Assembly: GCA_951406725.2 (NCBI GenBank)
Contig: OX597818.1
Location: forward strand, 126,790,001-126,854,000
Direction of reading: 5' to 3'
From: Octopus vulgaris
Taxonomy: Eukaryota
DNA: 64,000 bases
The position numbers were made by a program, and so were the translations under genes. Shown here piece by piece: positions 40,451 to 53,504 of the stretch; positions within the stretch are counted from its first letter, which is position 1, and each line of letters begins with the position of its first letter. The notes beneath the pieces were generated by a model, which was not told the origin of the DNA, ran no database searches, and was given only the letters and a program-made list of their open reading frames with translations.

Positions 40451-40833
40451 TATACCCTCTCACCTCTGCTACTAACTGGCATATACAGGTGCTTACACTT
40501 ATCAAGTATTCTCCCTGAATTTACTTATATATATATACTGTATATAAATTCCCTACTGGGAATGACCAAGTTTAAAAATCTGCTGGATCTCACTCATAAG
40601 GGAATCTTACATTGCTTATTAACTCTATATTTGGAAGGACTCATATTAATCTCTGTTGGACTTTTGGATTTTACTCAAAGGATATTGGAATATTGCATAT
40701 ATACCATTGTGCCTATAAAACAGATTTACAACTTCAATACCCATACATATCTGGCATCTATTTTCGTTCCTCCACCCCACTCACTATTTTGTATCACATC
40801 GAAACTAACTATGACTTAATTTTCCTCCACACC

Positions 40834-40885
40834 GTCTCCGATGAAGGGATATTATTAATTTATATCCTAGAAACAGCTGTAAGAC
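40834..40885 (+). ncRNA. Type I hammerhead ribozyme motif (U4C) in a PLE-like end (about 40455-40955)
   Basis: gtct-CCGATGA-a-gggatat(tattaattt)atatcct-a-GAAAC-agct-GTA-agac, with palindromic stem III ACAGCTGT. The element ends in (TA)n. Confidence 0.7.
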
Positions 40886-41504
40886 CTTCTATCTATAAAT
40901 GCTCTAATATCTATACAGCCTTGGTTTTTTAATCTTATTACGCAAAAAATTCTTATATATATATATATATATATATACATATACACACACACATACATAC
41001 GCACATGCATACGTGCGTATATACATACATACGCAGATGCGTACTTACGTGCATATACACATACATACATACGTACACACATACATACGTATATATAACC
41101 TGAACTAACTAGATGTAAGGGAGAAAAGGAAAAATAAAGATAAATAATAGTAAAACAAAAGTTTTGTGATATAGAGATAAGTGACTGATAATAGGTTTTA
41201 GAGTTTTGTCGTGGGGGTTAGGGTCGCAAATCACTTCCTAGTTTCGGCGGGTGAGGTTGAAATTTGATATTGTTGTGATGAGTGGTCAGTCTACATCTAT
41301 CCATCACTACAGGTTTATAGCTTTAAGTTTATAGTGTGTGTGTGCGTGCATATACACACATACATACATACGTACACACATGCATACACACAGGCGTACG
41401 TACGTACATACATACATACATGCATGCATGCATACATGCGTACATACATAGATACACACACACATACGTACATATATATAACGAACTAACTGTTACTTTC
41501 TCAG

Positions 41505-41736
41505 ATGCAGCACGGATTTTTGTCAGATTTTTGTCGCGGTCTTAAAGCGACGAAAATATTTTGTCGCGGTCTTAAAGAGACGAAAATATTTTGACAAATT
41601 AAACTTAAATGTTGAAGTGAATTGAGCGGCTTTTGTGTGTTTCTTAAATGGCTTACAAACACCTTCCACGCTGCAATTGTTTTCGTTTCAGCACACGATC
41701 TCAGATCAAATCACTTGCTATGCAAGTACATCTCCG

Positions 41737-41738
<2 letters not shown>
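41505..41738 (+). mobile_element. Short PLE-like element, family H (also at 56258-56530 and 60472-60812); hammerhead core deleted, 30 bp duplication
   Basis: Shares ...ccacgctgcaattgttttcgtttcagcacacgatctcagatc...gtacatctcc with the other copies. gtcgcggtcttaaagMgacgaaaatatttt occurs twice. Confidence 0.8.
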
Positions 41739-41799
<61 letters not shown>

Positions 41800-43807
41800 G
41801 CAACTCTAACGAATCAAAGAGTAATAAATATACTGGGTACCAACTTCTTACAGTCTGTTCCACCCGTTACATACACACACACATACACAATCTCTTTCTC
41901 TCTCTCTCTCTTTCTCTTCCCCTCTCTCTCACACGCACACACAAACACAGCATGCACACATATATACACATGCATACACATATGTTGTTTGACTGAAGAC
42001 AATAATTGATCTAATGTAGTCTCGTTGAATATCTCGCAGAACTCCCAATTTTTTTATTTCGTATCCTTTTTCTAGAATGTTAAGCATATCCGCCATTTGC
42101 CTTAATACAACAACCCTTTAGTAAGTTCATTCTATCGGAAATCTGATGAGATTTCAAACAGGAGATTATCAAGAATACATTATCCACTGGTACTTTACCT
42201 CCACATACGAGACATTTCTCGTTCCTCTGCTATAATGCATGTATGTGGTCTGTGTTCTAATCAAGAAGCCTCCACATCATCTCTTACTACGGCTATACAG
42301 AATTCTCTCAACCTTTATATATAGTCCATCTGTACTATCCATATTGCACTCTTTACTCATAGTTCACTCCGGAATGTGGTGAATATGAATATATTAATTA
42401 CATGTTGTCCACTACTCGATCTCACCACAAAAAAGATTACTCTGGCTCAGTATCTGATGATGCTGTCTTTCCTCAACGATATTATATCAAGCTTATATCA
42501 GCGATATTATATCAAGCCCAAGATGCGGTTTTGTCTCCTTCTCATTTTTCTTCCTATACATTAAAGATCTACTTGCTGTCACCGCCATCGACACTTACCC
42601 CAATGCAGACGATTCTATCTTTCATTCCTACCTCACTTTGCATATAGAATTAAGACACTTTACTCAGTCTACATTGACTACACGAAAAGAAACCTTGAAA
42701 GTCAACCTAAAATTAAAAAGCCTTTCCCCGATGGGATCTCGATCAATTTTGTCTCTTTCAACTGTAAATTAACACACTCTGCGCATAATACAAAAGTACA
42801 TAAACCAGATTACTCTGTCAAATATAATGGTTATTTATTCCCATAATTTTGAATCAACCGTGCATTATCTTGTAGAAATTTCGATGATGTATTAGTTTAA
42901 TTTTAGAGTGACATTGTAAGAAAGTGTGAGAGGCATGATCTGACCCGTTTAAACATAAAATATTTGAACCAGATACGGCCAGTGTACAACGTGCTACCAA
43001 AACATTCATACTTGCTGCAATTCCAAGGCGCTACTTGTTACTGAAAACCTCATCAACTGAATGCCTATCTTCAATATACGAGTAGCAGGGTCTAAATCTC
43101 ATAGACTGGACTTTCTCTTCACACCCAGAAAATCCACCCTATCCACACGCACACGCGCACATATACTACCGCACATACTTCATAATGGAGTACCGCTCCC
43201 ACACTGGGATGAACCTGCTGCAATACACACAACTTAGAGTGCCTTCATATAAGGATTATTCGGTACTCAAACACACACGACATAGATGTAATGTCTCCTC
43301 ATTCTTCATTTTATACCGAAATACAGTTTCTTCTGCTCTTAAGCACTCGCTTAGGCACTCTTGACTCGGCTATATTCTGTCTGCTTTGCGTGACATGAAT
43401 TATTGTGTTCAGTCCTTTATATTTCCAGAGCATTGGTCTCCCTGAAATACCGCTGTCGCTATTATATTGTCCAGGTGCCAACTACTTGTGGTAGTGTAAG
43501 GTTAGTGTTTATTCTAATCAGCCTCACCAGTGACGGCGGATTTATAAAGTCACTTCTCGAATAAAGAAATATGTGTATGTATATGTGAAGCAGGGAAAAG
43601 CTAGGAAGGAGATAATGGAGTGCCAGAACATTCTTCGGAAAGGCATCAACATCACAACTCCACTTCTGCATCCATATCCACATGGAATTTTTAACTTGGA
43701 AGCCACTGAACCACAAAAAGTCAGGCAAGGGAACCAGTTTTATCACATTACATTAGTGCAAAAGTTAATTTTCTATCCTAAACAATGTGTGTGTGTGTGT
43801 GTGCGTG

Positions 43808-43861
<54 letters not shown>

Positions 43862-44021
43862 TGTTCACTTTTCTGAGTTTACATAGTCAGACAAATCCAC
43901 TGAGCAAAATTTTCTACTGCTGGATGTTGTTCTTTTTAGTAACCATCACCTGTTTCCAGACAAGAACCCAACAACTTTAGAAGAAATTCAATATTCAAAT
44001 TGACGCAGGAGTGGCTGTGTG

Positions 44022-44352
44022 GTAAGTAGCTTGCTTACCAACCACATGGTTCCGGGTTCAATCCCACTGCGTGGCATCTTGGGCAAGTGTCTTCTACTAT
44101 AGCCTCGAGCTGCCCAAAGCCTTGTGAGTGGATTTGGTAGACGGAAACTGAGAGAAGCGCGTCGTATATATGTATATTTATATATGTGTGTATGTGTATG
44201 TTTGTGTGTCTATGTTTGTCCTCCTAACATCGCTTGACAACCGATGCTGGTGTGTTTATGTCCCTGTAACTTAGCGGTTCGGTAAAAGAGAACCGAGAGA
44301 ATAAGTACTAGGCTTACAAAGAATAAGTCCTGGGGTCGATTTGCTTGACTAA
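44022..44352 (+). mobile_element. SINE family A, 3'-truncated
   Basis: Head gacgcaggagtggctgtgtggtaagtagcttgc plus body match. Confidence 0.9.
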
Positions 44353-44469
44353 AGAATGTTATCACCAACAACGTGATTTATCTAAGACATCACCCAGTAA
44401 TCTATCAAGTTCATTTATCCATGTCTCAATACATATTGCTTCCCTCCATTAGATGGGTAGATTTGCTAT

Positions 44470-45725
44470 TAGGTTGTCAAGAAAATTCTTGTGGAATTTT
44501 TTATTTTGGTTTTAAATGATGTATTTTCAAATTGATTTTCGTAAAAATTACTTTATATATCACTTTAAAGCCCGTTTTGTTTTTGCTCTATCTAATCGTG
44601 TTACTTTTTTTCTTGTTGAATATTTAGGCCATTTTTTCCGGAACGTTGAATGCAACATAGACAAAAAGCAAATTCGCACAATTTTCTTATTCCAGTTCAA
44701 GCTAGGCCGAAAAGTTGCGGAAACTGCTCGTGATATCAACGATGCGTTTGGCACAGGAACCACTAATGAACGCACAGCACAATGGTGGTTCAAATAATTT
44801 CGTACCGGTGACGAGAGTCTTGAAGGTGATAAGCGTAGTTGTCGGCCATTGGATGTTGACAACAATCAACTAAGAGCCTTAGTCGAAGCCAATCCACGCA
44901 CAACTGTTCGAGAGCTTGCTTCTGAATTATACGTAATGTAAATGACAATTTCCAACCACTTGAAAGAGATTGGAAAAAATACTTGAGAACTGGGTGCCGC
45001 ACGAATTGAACGACAACCAACAAAAAAATATGGTGTTTTGAAGTGTCATCTTCCCTTCTTTTACGCAACAAGAACGATCCGTTTCTCGACCGGATTGTGC
45101 CTTGCGATGAAAAGTAGATTCTTTACAACAATCGGCGACGCTCAGCTCTACAGCCCTTCCCGAAGCCAAAATTGTACCAAAAGAAGGTCATGGTGACTGT
45201 TTGGTGGTCTGCGTCCAGTCTCATCCATCACAGCTTTTTGGATCCAGGCGAAACCATTACGGCGGAGAAGTACTGTCAGCAAAAGGATGAAATGCATAAG
45301 AAACTCCGACAACAGCCAGCATTGGTCAATAGAATAGGACCAATTTTTCTCCACGTCAACGCTCGGCCGCATATCGCACAACTGACCCTGTAGAAGTTGA
45401 ACAAATTGGGCTACGAAACTCTGCCTTATCCGCCATACTCACCAGACCTCTCGTCTACAGACTACCACTTTTTCAAGCATCTCGACAACTTCCTGCGTGA
45501 GAAATACTTCAAAAACCAAGACGATGCCAAAAACGCTTTCAACAACTTCATCGCCACCAGAACGCAGGACTTTTACGCTACTGACACAAATAAACTTGTT
45601 TCGCGTTGGCAAAAGTGTGCTGATTCTGATGGTGTTTATTTCGATTAATAAAGTTTTGTATGAGCCGAGATATGTGCACCTGAATTTAAAGGTTAAAAAC
45701 CGCAAGAACTATCTTGACAACTTAA
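44470..45725 (+). mobile_element. Mariner transposon (Hsmar1/SETMAR-like), degenerate
   Basis: TIRs ttaggttgtcaaga and tcttgacaacttaa with TA flanks. Motifs KKQIRTIFLFQFKLGRKVAETARDIN, WVPHEL, QKKVMVTVWWS and YSPDLSSTDYHFFKHLDNFL. Confidence 0.95.
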
Positions 45726-45999
45726 TAGTATATATAATTTGATATATACGTATGTGTGTGTGTGTGTGTGTATACAAACATTTTTATATATATATGCCTA
45801 ACACACTTGTCTCTACCTGCTCACGTTCAAATACCTTGAGCACTACGAAGTGTATTCTATATAGAGAACACTTGTCTCTAAATCTATATATCGTTCATGT
45901 AGTGTATGAACAATATCCTTAAGGTGAACAATTAACCACCTGCGACCACTTCTAGGCTTTGTCACTAACTCAGTTTTTAACCAAATTAGATTATGCTTT

Positions 46000-48900
46000 C
46001 ATTTTTAGGTTGGTCACATCCTAAGCTACATTTTCAGGTATAAAATTTGAAAATTGCTTCGGTAGAAAAACGATTCAGCAAAATATGTGAGGTCAAAATC
46101 AAGAGAGTAAAATTACTTTCCAATAACACTGTGTGACAAAGTTTTATTTTAGCTTATATGATGCATGCACCTGCATTTTATTATTTCCTATGTGCTTCGA
46201 TCTAGAAACCAAAGGGAAGGACTACTATTCCCTTCAAACTTTGCTTTTTTGACTCGCATATCAATGTTTTGAAACCAAATATGCACGCACACGCACGCAC
46301 ACACACGCGCGCGCGCACATATACATGCAGAAAATTAATCGCTGTAAAGGGAAACTTCAAATATATACAAAAGAACGGGATAAATCACGGCTGAAATGCC
46401 CATTGTCAATGGTTTTCTCGCTCAGAGTTGATCAACGACCTAAATAACAAGAAAAAAAAAACAAGTTTGTATTCCGCTGGAATTGAATTTGGTTTCATTC
46501 TAACAGCTTCAGCGATAATAGTAAAGGGTCTTTAGACAGGGTCTATTCCTTTTGTTGGTTTGTGTCAACATAAGAACCCCATTTTACTTCTACGCTTATA
46601 TTATCTATGTTAATATCGGATCTGATCTGTGTCTTTCTATACAAATGCTATACTAAATATGAAGTATGTTTTTTAATATCAATCAAAACCTCGAGCCTCT
46701 TATTGTAATACTTTGTGTATGTTAATGAGAGAAGCCGAGGCACAAACTCTCCTAGAATGTTGAAATTTGTGCGGTAACAACTTAGCTTTACCTATAACTT
46801 AATTTATTGTGTGTTAATACATTTGTTTTAATATGAGACTCTATATCTAAATCACTGTTTGTTTTCATTCCGAATTTTAAGTTTATCAATGATATAATTC
46901 AGGTCAGGCTTGTAATTATTTGTGTCTATGTTATATTAGGAGAGGAAGTTTTGCTTAATCAAGTATACTATGTATTTGAAGTTTTCTGAGAATCAGTATT
47001 TTTCATTTGGAATTATGTGTGTTTCAGTTTTACCGCTGATACAACATTTATAAGAGTTTCAATGTTTCTTCTGATCTAAAATATCATGTATATAAATATT
47101 TTCTCTGGGTTTAGTTATTCTCTGAATTAGATTTAGTAGAGAAATTCGCACACATCAGAATTATTTTGATCTGAGATTTCCAGGTAATCAATTGTTTATT
47201 TCTGACTAAAGATTTATAGCGACTATAATATAATTTCTGATCGGAGATCTTATGTGTCCATGCTATCTATCTCTTATCCGATAATTGTAATGATTGTGGG
47301 TCACTTGTATAGAGCGAAGAATGCTCTTATGTATTAGCTATCGAACCCTGATTTCCTACAATTCTATAAATGTAAACACCAAGAATAGATATTTCATAGA
47401 GTACGAATGCAGTTAGCTTAATTGCTATTTGTTATTATGTGTAACTTTCTCTTCCAACTAATAGATAATAATTATTTTGATTTATCCATTTAAAGTATTA
47501 ACTCTCACAAAATCTGAGAGTAAACTCTCCTGTTATTGCAGATTGTTTCCATTTCCTTTAACCGAGAACACTTAACGTACGCCATTATAGCCAGAGTAAT
47601 TTCCTTTATATACAATATTACAAATGTGAAGCAGATTTTACGACGTTTCAACATAAATTGTTTTGCTGTTTTCATCTGCCTGTGGATGATTGAACTCAGT
47701 TATCTTGCGTAATATTTTTCAAATCATGCCCAGAGAAACACCAAACGACAAACTAGTGTAATTTACATGGGTATCTTGATAGCATATCAAAAGCATTAAA
47801 CTTTTGAAGAGTAATATCCTTAAAAGTGGTACTATAGTATGGAAGGAATACTCGGACTGTCCTGAATATTTAAGCTGTTCTTGAAAGATTTTACTTTCAT
47901 CAGAAACGACAGCAAAAGGACGAAATGTATGCCCCAAAAATCAGAGCCATGCTTGTAACTCTTTATTCTGATGTTATTCTGCATACAATTGTCATCATTT
48001 CTGTCTTCAATTAACTTGCTCTGCCAAAAACCATACAGAAACCAGAAGTTCATTAATATCATCAATAACTCTTTACCTAAGATTGGTATATCTAATGCCA
48101 TACTTCACTGGAATCACATTCTTCATTATTTTGTCCAGCATCATATTCAATTTTGGTGGTTACATTGCATATCTTTGCATGATCCATGCATTTTCCAAAA
48201 AGAGCTTACAAAATGCAGTGGAGAGGATTGAAAGAAGTTCAGTTATCATTACATGTTAAAACTGTGGTAGTACTAAAACTAACTATCGAAAGTTGTTAGT
48301 TATTTACAACACGCAGAGAAAGAAGTTTTTACTCGAGGCAATATCACATACGACAAAATTCCAATAAGATAATGATAAAATAGAAATAGGAAATCGAAAT
48401 TTAAAGCCATTTAACCTGCACTAACTCATAAATCATATGCGGACCAAACCTACTTAGAACACATATCGGGATATAATGTTTTTCGCACAGAATCTATAAA
48501 GGACAAATAAGTAAAATTGCTGTTATAAATATGAATAATCATCAATTTGAAAACGGGTCTCTTGAAGTATAAGGATGACAATTAGATAATACATTACCTA
48601 ATTACCGTAACATGTAACTGACACCGACTTACTACATTTTATCATAATAGGACAGGAAAGATTGCAATAATAGTAAAGCCATAATTTTTTTATAACCTCA
48701 GACAGAATTTATAAATTAATCTTCTTTGTAGCCACAGGTTTCCTTGGATGTCACGCCGTTATTGGTTCAACATTTTTATTAATTTTTAATCCGAATTATA
48801 ATAAACTACTCTTCCTCTCATCATTTTTTGTTTCGAAATAATAGCTTGATGTTGACACAATGTAGATGTTGTTTGATTATTCCTATACACAGCAATGCCT

Positions 48901-49971
48901 TCAGCCGGCAGAACACTATTTTATAATAGTTTTGCTCGTTAAATTTCACCTGCATTTATTGGATTACATACTTAGTAAACAATAAAATTTAGTAAATCCA
49001 TTAGCACATCGGTATTCAATATCTATGAATTTATTCATCAATACCCACTAAGGACATGTGTCAAGTAATTTAGCTAAAAGCACAAAATAGTGATATGCAA
49101 ATGTGAAGTGTATACCTAATGTTACATACATATAGCTGTTCAATTGTTAGCTATATCACCTATTTGTGACCTACTATGACATACGAAGTTTTGCATTCTA
49201 CTTTTGTGAATATACTTAATTTTTAAAAAAAGAGTTGCACATACATACTTCTGGTTGTATATCTAAATGCACGAGCGCCAAAAAAGTATAAATAGAAATG
49301 AATAAACGAACAAAAGCAAAGCTCATTAAAAGAATACGTATAATTTGTTATTCAGTTGTTGCATCTTTTATTGTTACTATTTTTTAATTACAATCAATAA
49401 AACATATTTTAAATAAATAGAAGTAGAGAAGAAATTAGAAAAATAAATATTCCTACGTGAAGGATTTTCGAAACAAATTGAAAATAAAATAATACATGAG
49501 TATTAAAATAGTAATAATTTCTATCTGATACGTAAGAGCAGAAATTAAAAAAAGGGAGGTGAAGTCGTGATATTCATGCCTTTTCCAAAGACACGACTAT
49601 CATAGTTAAAGGAAAGAATTGCAACCAGGAATTAAAACCATGTTGCAAGTGTCGATGCACTTACGTCAATTTCCATAACATGGGGATTCACTCAATGACA
49701 AAAATATTTGGTATCATTAAAAAAAAAATGAAAATAAGAAGGAACAGTATGGAAAGAAATAGGATAATAGGGAGAAGTTGTAGAAAGTAGACAATGAGAT
49801 AGAAAAACAATGCAAGGGTTTATAACAAAAAATAATATTTGACTACGCCATAAAACTGCGTTGAAGGTCAGCGATGCATTTTGGCAGTGACCAGTTTATC
49901 GGTTTCCCATTTGGTTCATAGTACTGTTACCCTGATAATGTTTAAAGATCGTGTTTTTTATGTTTTATGTT

Positions 49972-50037
<66 letters not shown>

Positions 50038-50177
50038 TTAATTTAATTTTTTTCTCCATTTATATATCTTAATCTTTCGTTTGTTCGTCAAAATAGGAAA
50101 GAAGTTCTGGCCGGCAATCAATCAGATGAGGACTGGTTTAAGGATGTGTTTACTTTCATTGAAGAATCTTGCTGAAT
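46000..50177 (-). other. Possible terminal non-coding (3' UTR) exon of the candidate peptide-precursor gene
   Basis: Good minus-strand acceptor ttatttatctctatgaatttcag| at 50178, followed by ~4 kb of AT-rich sequence almost free of transposons. The lower boundary is unknown. Confidence 0.3.
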
Positions 50178-50454
50178 CTGAAATTCATAGAGATAAATAA
50201 GTTTTTGAATTATATTGTAAAAACCGTGGGGCAATATGTTGGAAGAGTTGATTAAACGACAAGCAAAATACTTTTACATTTCCAATCAGAAGAGATACTA
50301 ATAGTCAAAATCCTAGAATCGTCGAATTCGTCTTTTATCGTTAAGTGGTCGAAAAATAATTACCAATTAAATACAGAGTTCTATTTAAACGACTACACAC
50401 TTCTTAAACGATTATTCTTATGTCTATATAATAAATCATTAGGACAATTATTGG

Positions 50455-50645
50455 TTTCAGCTTTTTGGCACAAGGTCAGTAATTTCAGGTGAGAGGTAAG
50501 TCTATTACATCGACACCAGGGCTCAAATAGTATTTATTTTATCACCCCCGAAAAGATGAAAGGCGTAGTCAACCTCGGCAGAATTTGAACTGAGAATGTA
50601 AAAGACCAACGAAATGCGTGCTAACGATGCTGCAAGCTTACCGCC
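50455..50645 (-). mobile_element. SINE family B, diverged
   Basis: Contains atcacccccgaaaagatgaaaggcgtagtcaacctcggcagaatttgaactgagaa. Confidence 0.75.
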
Positions 50646-50674
50646 TTAATCATTATTTTAATTCTTGAAAAATG

Positions 50675-50895
50675 TGACGAGCTAGTAGAATCATTAATGT
50701 GTGGCACAAAATGTTTAGCGGCATTTCCTCTGACTCTTTGCATTCTGAGTTCAAATTCTGTCGAGGTTGACTTTGCTTTTCATTTTCTTCGAAGTCGATT
50801 AAATAAGTACCAGTAGAGCACTGGGTTCGATGTAAGTGACTTAGCCCATGCCCTCAAAATTTCAGTACCTATGTTTATAGTAGAAAGAATTATCA
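50675..50895 (+). mobile_element. SINE family B, head-to-head with the previous copy
   Basis: Contains ttctgagttcaaattctgtcgaggttgactttgcttttcat...aaataagtaccag. Confidence 0.8.
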
Positions 50896-51099
50896 TAATT
50901 ATTAAAGACATTTAAAGCGAATTGATTGCTGATTGTGGAATTGTCAACGTTATATGGTTACATACAGGCTTTCATTGCCAGAATCCCGAGAAAATAGTAG
51001 TAATATGTAGGATGTTCGGGCTAAATTTGACGACATTTTTTGCCTCCTTTTTCTTTCATGAACAGCAGATGTATTGATGAATAGTCACTGACGTTGGAG

Positions 51100-51904
51100 A
51101 ACATAAACATTAAAGTTGTAGTTGAGAAAAAAGCTGATATGGAGGATTGGAAGCCATCTGAATATCGAAAAAGAATTACTTGTATCATTATGATTCACGC
51201 AGGTTATCAAAACGCCGACATCATGACTGATGCTTAATACTTTGTGAACGCTGACAAAGCTGAAAGATGTAACATGGACACCTGCAACGGAGACTACGTA
51301 ACTGTGACCAATAGGAGGGAACACGGCCGGCGTTCTGACAGCGTCCGTGTGGCGGAGTTCATCACTACATTTTTGAAGAGAGCTTTAAGCTCAATTTAGA
51401 CGGCTATGTGAATCTGTTAATGACTGTGGCCAAGCCCTGGCTGGATAGGGTTGCTTCTGGAAGGCCATATGTGTGACAGCAGGACTCGGCTCCTTGCCAT
51501 ACCCCAGAAAAGAGGCGGAAATAAATGTCGGAGTATTTCTACGACTTCACCAGACTCACCTTCTGGCTTCCTAATTCCTTCGAATGTAGTACCATGAATT
51601 GTTAGGTGTGGAGCGCGGTTGAGAAAGACACTAGAGCTCTGCCTGCAACATTAAGGCCGATTCGGTGGTCAAGATCGAGGAGGTGTTCTAAGATATCTCC
51701 AGAGACACAGTGAGGAACATATGCGTCATATTCTGGAGTCGTCTTAAGGCCGTGGCAATAGCTGGACACAGCTACTTTGAGTAAACTGTTATCGCCTAGC
51801 CATAATCTAGTTGATATTTTTGATCTTTTTAAAATACTATTATTTTTATCGATGATGTTTATTTTCTTTGTATGTGAACTGTCAACTTTCCTCGAACTCC
51901 CTGT
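51100..51904 (+). mobile_element. maT/DD37D (Bmmar1-like) Tc1-mariner remnant
   Basis: Translates YVNLLMTVAKPWLDRVASGRPYV*QQDSAPCHT and FWLPNS...VWSAVEKDT. TIR-like end ...gaactccctg|ta. Confidence 0.7.
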
Positions 51905-53141
51905 ACACTGGAAATCAAAGAAGTTAGTCATAAACTTCCCTCGCATATTCCTCATTCCTCAATCCATTAAGTCCAAGTCTACATAAATTCTTCTTTGTAT
52001 TTCATCTTCATGGAGTCGAATAGGTACTAGCAATGGAATACTGTCAATTCAAACAACTATATTTCTTCATTAAAGAGAAAGGCATTGAGCATATGGAGCG
52101 TTCATTATCAAAGACGTAATTGATAAAGATGTAGTGAAATGGCTACAACCTAGAATCGAAGCCAACTCGCTGTGTTCCTATCCTCTTTAGCAGAATAGCT
52201 TACTGTTTTTATACAGGGCAATGTGTGACGTATTTTTTTCTATCATCCTGCTCATTATCGTAAGTTCTGTAAACTTCCAGAAACGCTGCAGGCACTTTTC
52301 TAAGACGGACTATTTTGTGTAACTTCAAATCAATTGTTGTTGAGCAGACATATGATCAAAGACACTTCAACTATGACCCTCTTTTTTCTACGATTATCTA
52401 GGACTACATTATTTCATGTAGTCTCTCTTATATAATACGATGGAGTGTGGTTCGAAGAAGATTTCGTTGATATCTGTAGTTGATAAAACCACTTCTTAGA
52501 TGCTTCCTCTTTGTAATATAATAACATCAATCCTGCAATGATACACAACGTAAGAGAAACAGTGAAAGTCTGCTTCCGATGTTGTTAACCTTACCTTTAA
52601 ACTGTTCTTAGATTACCAAAGCAGTAGTTTTATACTGTTTCCTTCCCTTAGTTCACGTGATTTACATCATCATCATCATCTTAATCAACATCTTAATCAT
52701 TGTCGTCGTCGTCGTTGTCGTGGCTATCATCATCATCATCGTTACCGCTGTATTTTAATGATTTAGAACCTACATAGGATTTATTGCAACCTGCTTCGAT
52801 TCTTCAACTTGCCATCGATCCTAAATTTTTATCTATCTTTATCCAAATTCACTAATCTACAAATTATAGTCTACTAATCTAACATACTAAGGAGCTATTC
52901 TATTCAGCTAATCAGCTGCACCAAGTCCGATGTATTGACTAAAACTCGAAGTTCTAACATGAATGGGTTTTGTGATGTTTCTAAATCTAAGTGACTGTAA
53001 ATATATAAATATAAAAACTGGACAGCTTTCATTTTAAAACAATGAAATAAATAAATAAATTTCAGAGAGCGAGAGTGAGAGAAAGAGAGAGAGAGACAGA
53101 CAGAGAAAGAAAGAAATCAAATGCCTCACCATTTCTTTAGA

Positions 53142-53247
53142 TTACTCAGTCTTTGCAAGTCTCTCTGCTGCAAATCGGATCAGTCTTTGAGCCAGAATTG
53201 AACGTCTGATGTCGTCACTTGATATGTCACTACGTTTTTTCTTGCCG
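53142..53247 (-). CDS. Candidate final coding exon of an amidated neuropeptide/prohormone precursor (exon 53130-53247)
   Basis: Acceptor ttttgcttacgattttag|, reading frame (x)GKKKRSDISSDDIRRSILAQRLIRFAAERLAKTE*, and donor ATG|GTGAGG 12 nt after the stop. Confidence 0.55.
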
Positions 53248-53394
53248 CTAAAATCGTAAGCAAAACTAAGTGTAAAGGAACCAGTGTAGGGAAAAAATGT
53301 CTTGTTATTAAAATTTTATCAAATTAAGTGAAAAGATCTCGCCAGTAATTAATTTTAACTTTTCAAATCAAAAGCTGTTGGAAAGGTGTGTGTT

Positions 53395-53436
<42 letters not shown>

Positions 53437-53473
53437 TATGTGTGTGTATGTGTGTGTGTGTGTGTGTACTTAC

Positions 53474-53504
53474 CTCAAAAATATAACAGTGCAGCATCTC
53501 TTTT
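53474..53504 (-). CDS. Possible upstream micro-exon (31 nt) of the same gene
   Basis: Perfect donor GAG|GTAAGT in phase 2, compatible with the next exon, giving (x)KRCCTVIFLS|GKKKR. The acceptor tttaag| is weak. Confidence 0.3.
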
